Position numbers and translations under genes: made by a program | From: Amphiscolops sp. MND2022 | Lineage: Eukaryota | Length of the DNA stretch: 64,000 bases | Direction: 5' to 3' | Assembly: GCA_964187785.1 (NCBI GenBank) | Contig: OZ076409.1 | Coordinates: 85,934,001 to 85,998,000 of the forward strand | The notes under the pieces: model-generated | Database searches by the model: none | Told to the model about the DNA's origin: nothing | What the model saw: the letters and a program-made list of their open reading frames with translations, nothing else | Shown: positions 60,800 to 64,000 of the stretch, piece by piece | How positions within the stretch are numbered: the first letter of the stretch is position 1 | How the letters are laid out: each line of letters opens with the position of its first letter

Positions 60800-61735
60800 A
60801 TTGAGAGGAATGTAAATTGTTTAGCGGCACATGCCTACACACTTGTGTAAAATCAACAAAACTACGGCACAGTTTCATGCAACAGAAATGAGTATAGCAA
60901 CATGCCCGGTACGGCCATTGGAGTAAGGGCAACCCAAGAACAAAGGCCGAAATAGGCCAATTGCCTTTCACAGGATAATTATTACTAAAACATCATAAAA
61001 TGGTCTTGATTAGCAATTAATGCCAAGTATGAATTATTAGTACTGCACAAAGGTGTTTAATTAGTACAGAGGGCATAAGCACGCCGGTACTGATCAATTA
61101 CATGAATAATTAGCATTCTGTCTTGATTTTGCACAAAATAGCCGGAATCGGCCATTTGACTAAGATGCCAAGCTGGAAGAGTAAAATTGCGTCAGCTAGA
61201 CTTACTCGGCCATTGACTTATGAAATCAAAAGAGATAAATGCTGCACTCTGATTGGACATGACAACGTGCTCAAGTGGCGCTTCCGGCGTAGCACTGTAC
61301 ATCACTTGAACACGTTCCCTTTGCTGCCTCATAGTTGCTCTTAACTTGTACTGTTCTAACTTACATACAGCACGTTTATTGATACTTTCAACACTTGCTT
61401 TGGCTTTGCTAAACCGTAATATTAACAGACTAATCGATATATACTGGCAAGCAAAATGGAAATATTTATTAACGTCAGTCAGATTTTGAAAAATGAATTC
61501 AAAGCAAAAGTTTTAATAGTTTGAGTTTAAAATATAGCCAGAGTGCCCGCTGCTGTTTCCTGACTTGTGGTGGTGGTGGTGGTGATTTTGGTGCCATCAC
61601 AGGCGGCAGCCTGCGAGTGGTAATGTTTGAAATCAGTAATTGAAGTACCACCTGGGAAACCGCAGGCTGCAACCGTGTCCTCTCGCGATCCCAATGCGTT
61701 CGCTGCAGCATCCCAGACGGGAGTGGGCTGCGACA
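60800..61735 (-). repeat. Diverged partial (solo) LTR of a related Gypsy family
   Basis: Collinear blocks shared with the main LTR: TAGCCGGA, TCTGATTGG..CAAGTG.CGCT, TTGAACACGTT, TCACAGGCGGCAGCCTGCGA. Terminus GCTGCGACA. Confidence 0.75.
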
Positions 61736-64000
61736 GTGTTTAGCGCAAACATGTTCAACGATTTTTGAAAATAGAAAGGGATAGGACTTCTACCAGGATT
61801 TTTCAAACAATAAAGAATTTTCTCCTTGCTAAAATTAAAGGACGAGAAGAACCTGACAAAAGTCTCAGTGAGCACTTTTATCGATTGGATAAAATATCTA
61901 TACCAGGTTGAGAATGTGACTGACGTACACTACGGGTACACCACTAGGTAACTAAGAAAAGAAATACATAATTCCCTCGGTAGCAACAAATTAACCTTGA
62001 TTGGTTAAAGTCTAATTATGCCGCAGCAAATCTAGCTACATAATGTGTATGCGAGGTTCGATAAATTTCGAGAACCAATGGGATCACGCCACAATATCGA
62101 AGAAGAAGAGTACCACAGTGGCCAAATGGAACAAAAGCCAGGATAACTTATTTACAACCGTTAGTAAAATACCTTATCAGTGCTACGAAAAGAATCTAAC
62201 CAAAATAATTCGGAGTGTCCACACAAAAAACAAACCATCAAATTGGTAAAATCAAATTGGTATCACCGTTTAAACGTAAATTAATACAAAATGAGAATTT
62301 TAACTTTCCTTATTTCAAGCCAATCATAACCGAAGGAACGAAACCCCAGAGACCCCGACTCTCAGTATTTTATCCCCAAATGGTCATTCTTCGTCAAAGA
62401 AATGAGAGCGGAGACGAGTAACCAACTTTTTACGCCCTTGATGGAACTGGAATCTCCGGTCGAAAGCGGTGTTGATCTCACAAAATTTGCGAGCGATTCT
62501 AGCGTGAAAGAAGTTACGCCACCATCACCGCGATATTAAAATAATTAAATGGACTGTATTAGAAGATATGAACGTAATAAGTTACACGTGTCACAGTCCG
62601 CTCCTGGACTGGGCTGTGGATGCACGAGAGTGGGTTTTGGCAGAGGCTGCCAAAAAGTTATTTTAACTTTTACACTCAAACTTTTACCAAATAAACTGTG
62701 ACTTAGTAAGAATTTCACACCTAATTCCGAGGACTCCAGAATGAAAATGTCTACCAAAATGCACAAATCAAAATGATTTCAACCATTTCCGCCAAGACGT
62801 TTGAGCTACGCCGAAAATAAGTCCATTCTACACCTGAAATCCTAATTGAAATACACATTTGTAGAAAGATCATAGCCAAATCTAAAACGAAAATTAAATC
62901 AAAGATTATACAACAAAGCAATATGTTTTTCTGCGAAAGGTAGCCTAACTGCACTTTGAAAGGCAGTGATAGCAGATTAGGACGATGCTACGCCGCTAAA
63001 CAAACAAATATAGATATAGCCAGCAGCGAAAGATTACATTGTGACGTCACAGTCTAGACTAGGCGTAAAAAGAATAATTCAACCTCACGGATCGATTACG
63101 TCACGGTTTTGGCAGCTAGTTGGATTTCATTTTAGATTCTCGTCAGCACTACGTCCAGCTAGGCAAGCAGCCATGTTTGCCAACACACTTTGGTCAACAC
63201 AACGTAAAAAATTTATGGAACAGGTGTTCTGATTTAAATTAAAGTTGCAAGAACTGCCAATCTTAATGGGGAATTAATTGATAAGAGAGGCTGAAAATTA
63301 CTTCTTGTCCACATTTAGAAGTCATTCCGTAGTACATTTGGTAAGCTAAAATTTTCTGGTAGATTGCCTGCCATGTACGGTCTGGTTAAAGGTCAACTTT
63401 GCCTCAATTTTGTATTGAAATAAAGAAAATCATCTTTATACGTCTTGCTTACGTAGTGTTGTAGTGTTGCGTCATAATTCGGTTTTAACAACCTTTAAAT
63501 GGAAAGTCACAGTTTATACATGATTTGAAATGAACTTGCACTAACACTCGCTGTAATCTTTTGTCAGTGTTCTCGCATTTTAACGTCTTTTTTGTGTGGA
63601 ATGAATTTGGTCAGTATGTGCTATTTGTAATGATGTACCCAGTAATGTTCCCTGGTAAATTATGTTGAAAAAGTGCCAGTATTTGACGATTGAAAATTAT
63701 TCGAGTGTCTTCATGTATTTCTCCTGCTCTGAATATTTTATAGCGATATCTTCCTAATTGACGTCAACACGTCGCTAATCAATGTGACCAGACTTGGATT
63801 GTTTTGTAAGTTTTGATACGGTATTTCTAACCGATAAATGACACCTTTCATCTTGTTACTAGTGGTGACATGTGCTCTTGTTTCATACATGTTGAAATTA
63901 GTGTTAATGTTGAAATGTTGCGTAATGAAGATAATACCTATCGCTGGGTTATTCTTGCGAGATGTCCGGCGTGCAGCATAGATAAACAGATGAACTTCCT

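Noticed and set aside
61736..64000. Short ORFs and possible decayed coding fragments
   Set aside because: No recognisable motifs or consistent exon structure.

Overview
Repeat-rich eukaryotic DNA, most likely from an invertebrate animal, with two 200-N gaps. Host genes: a 12-exon ATG16/ATG16L1 orthologue (20601-30287, +), the 3' part of an F-type-lectin + ShKT-like gene (38031-41855, -) and an EGF-like exon. Most of the rest is transposons: a CR1/L2-type LINE, a Copia gag relic, two hAT elements, and MULE-, piggyBac- and Helentron-like non-autonomous elements. The main feature is a 16-kb Ty3/Gypsy LTR retrotransposon (43109-59120, -) with 1.72-kb LTRs. Between pol and the 3' LTR it carries (i) a ~1100-1300 aa antisense gene with at least four GT-AG introns, resembling a catalytically dead hAT transposase, and (ii) a 256-aa sense ORF with a SUMO-interaction-like motif that runs into the LTR. 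A diverged, decayed relative at 1-6404 has the same antisense gene with introns at homologous positions. A diverged LTR at ~60800-61735 conserves the C-terminus of the small ORF. The accessory module therefore looks like a lineage trait. All alignments were made by eye; no database searches were run.
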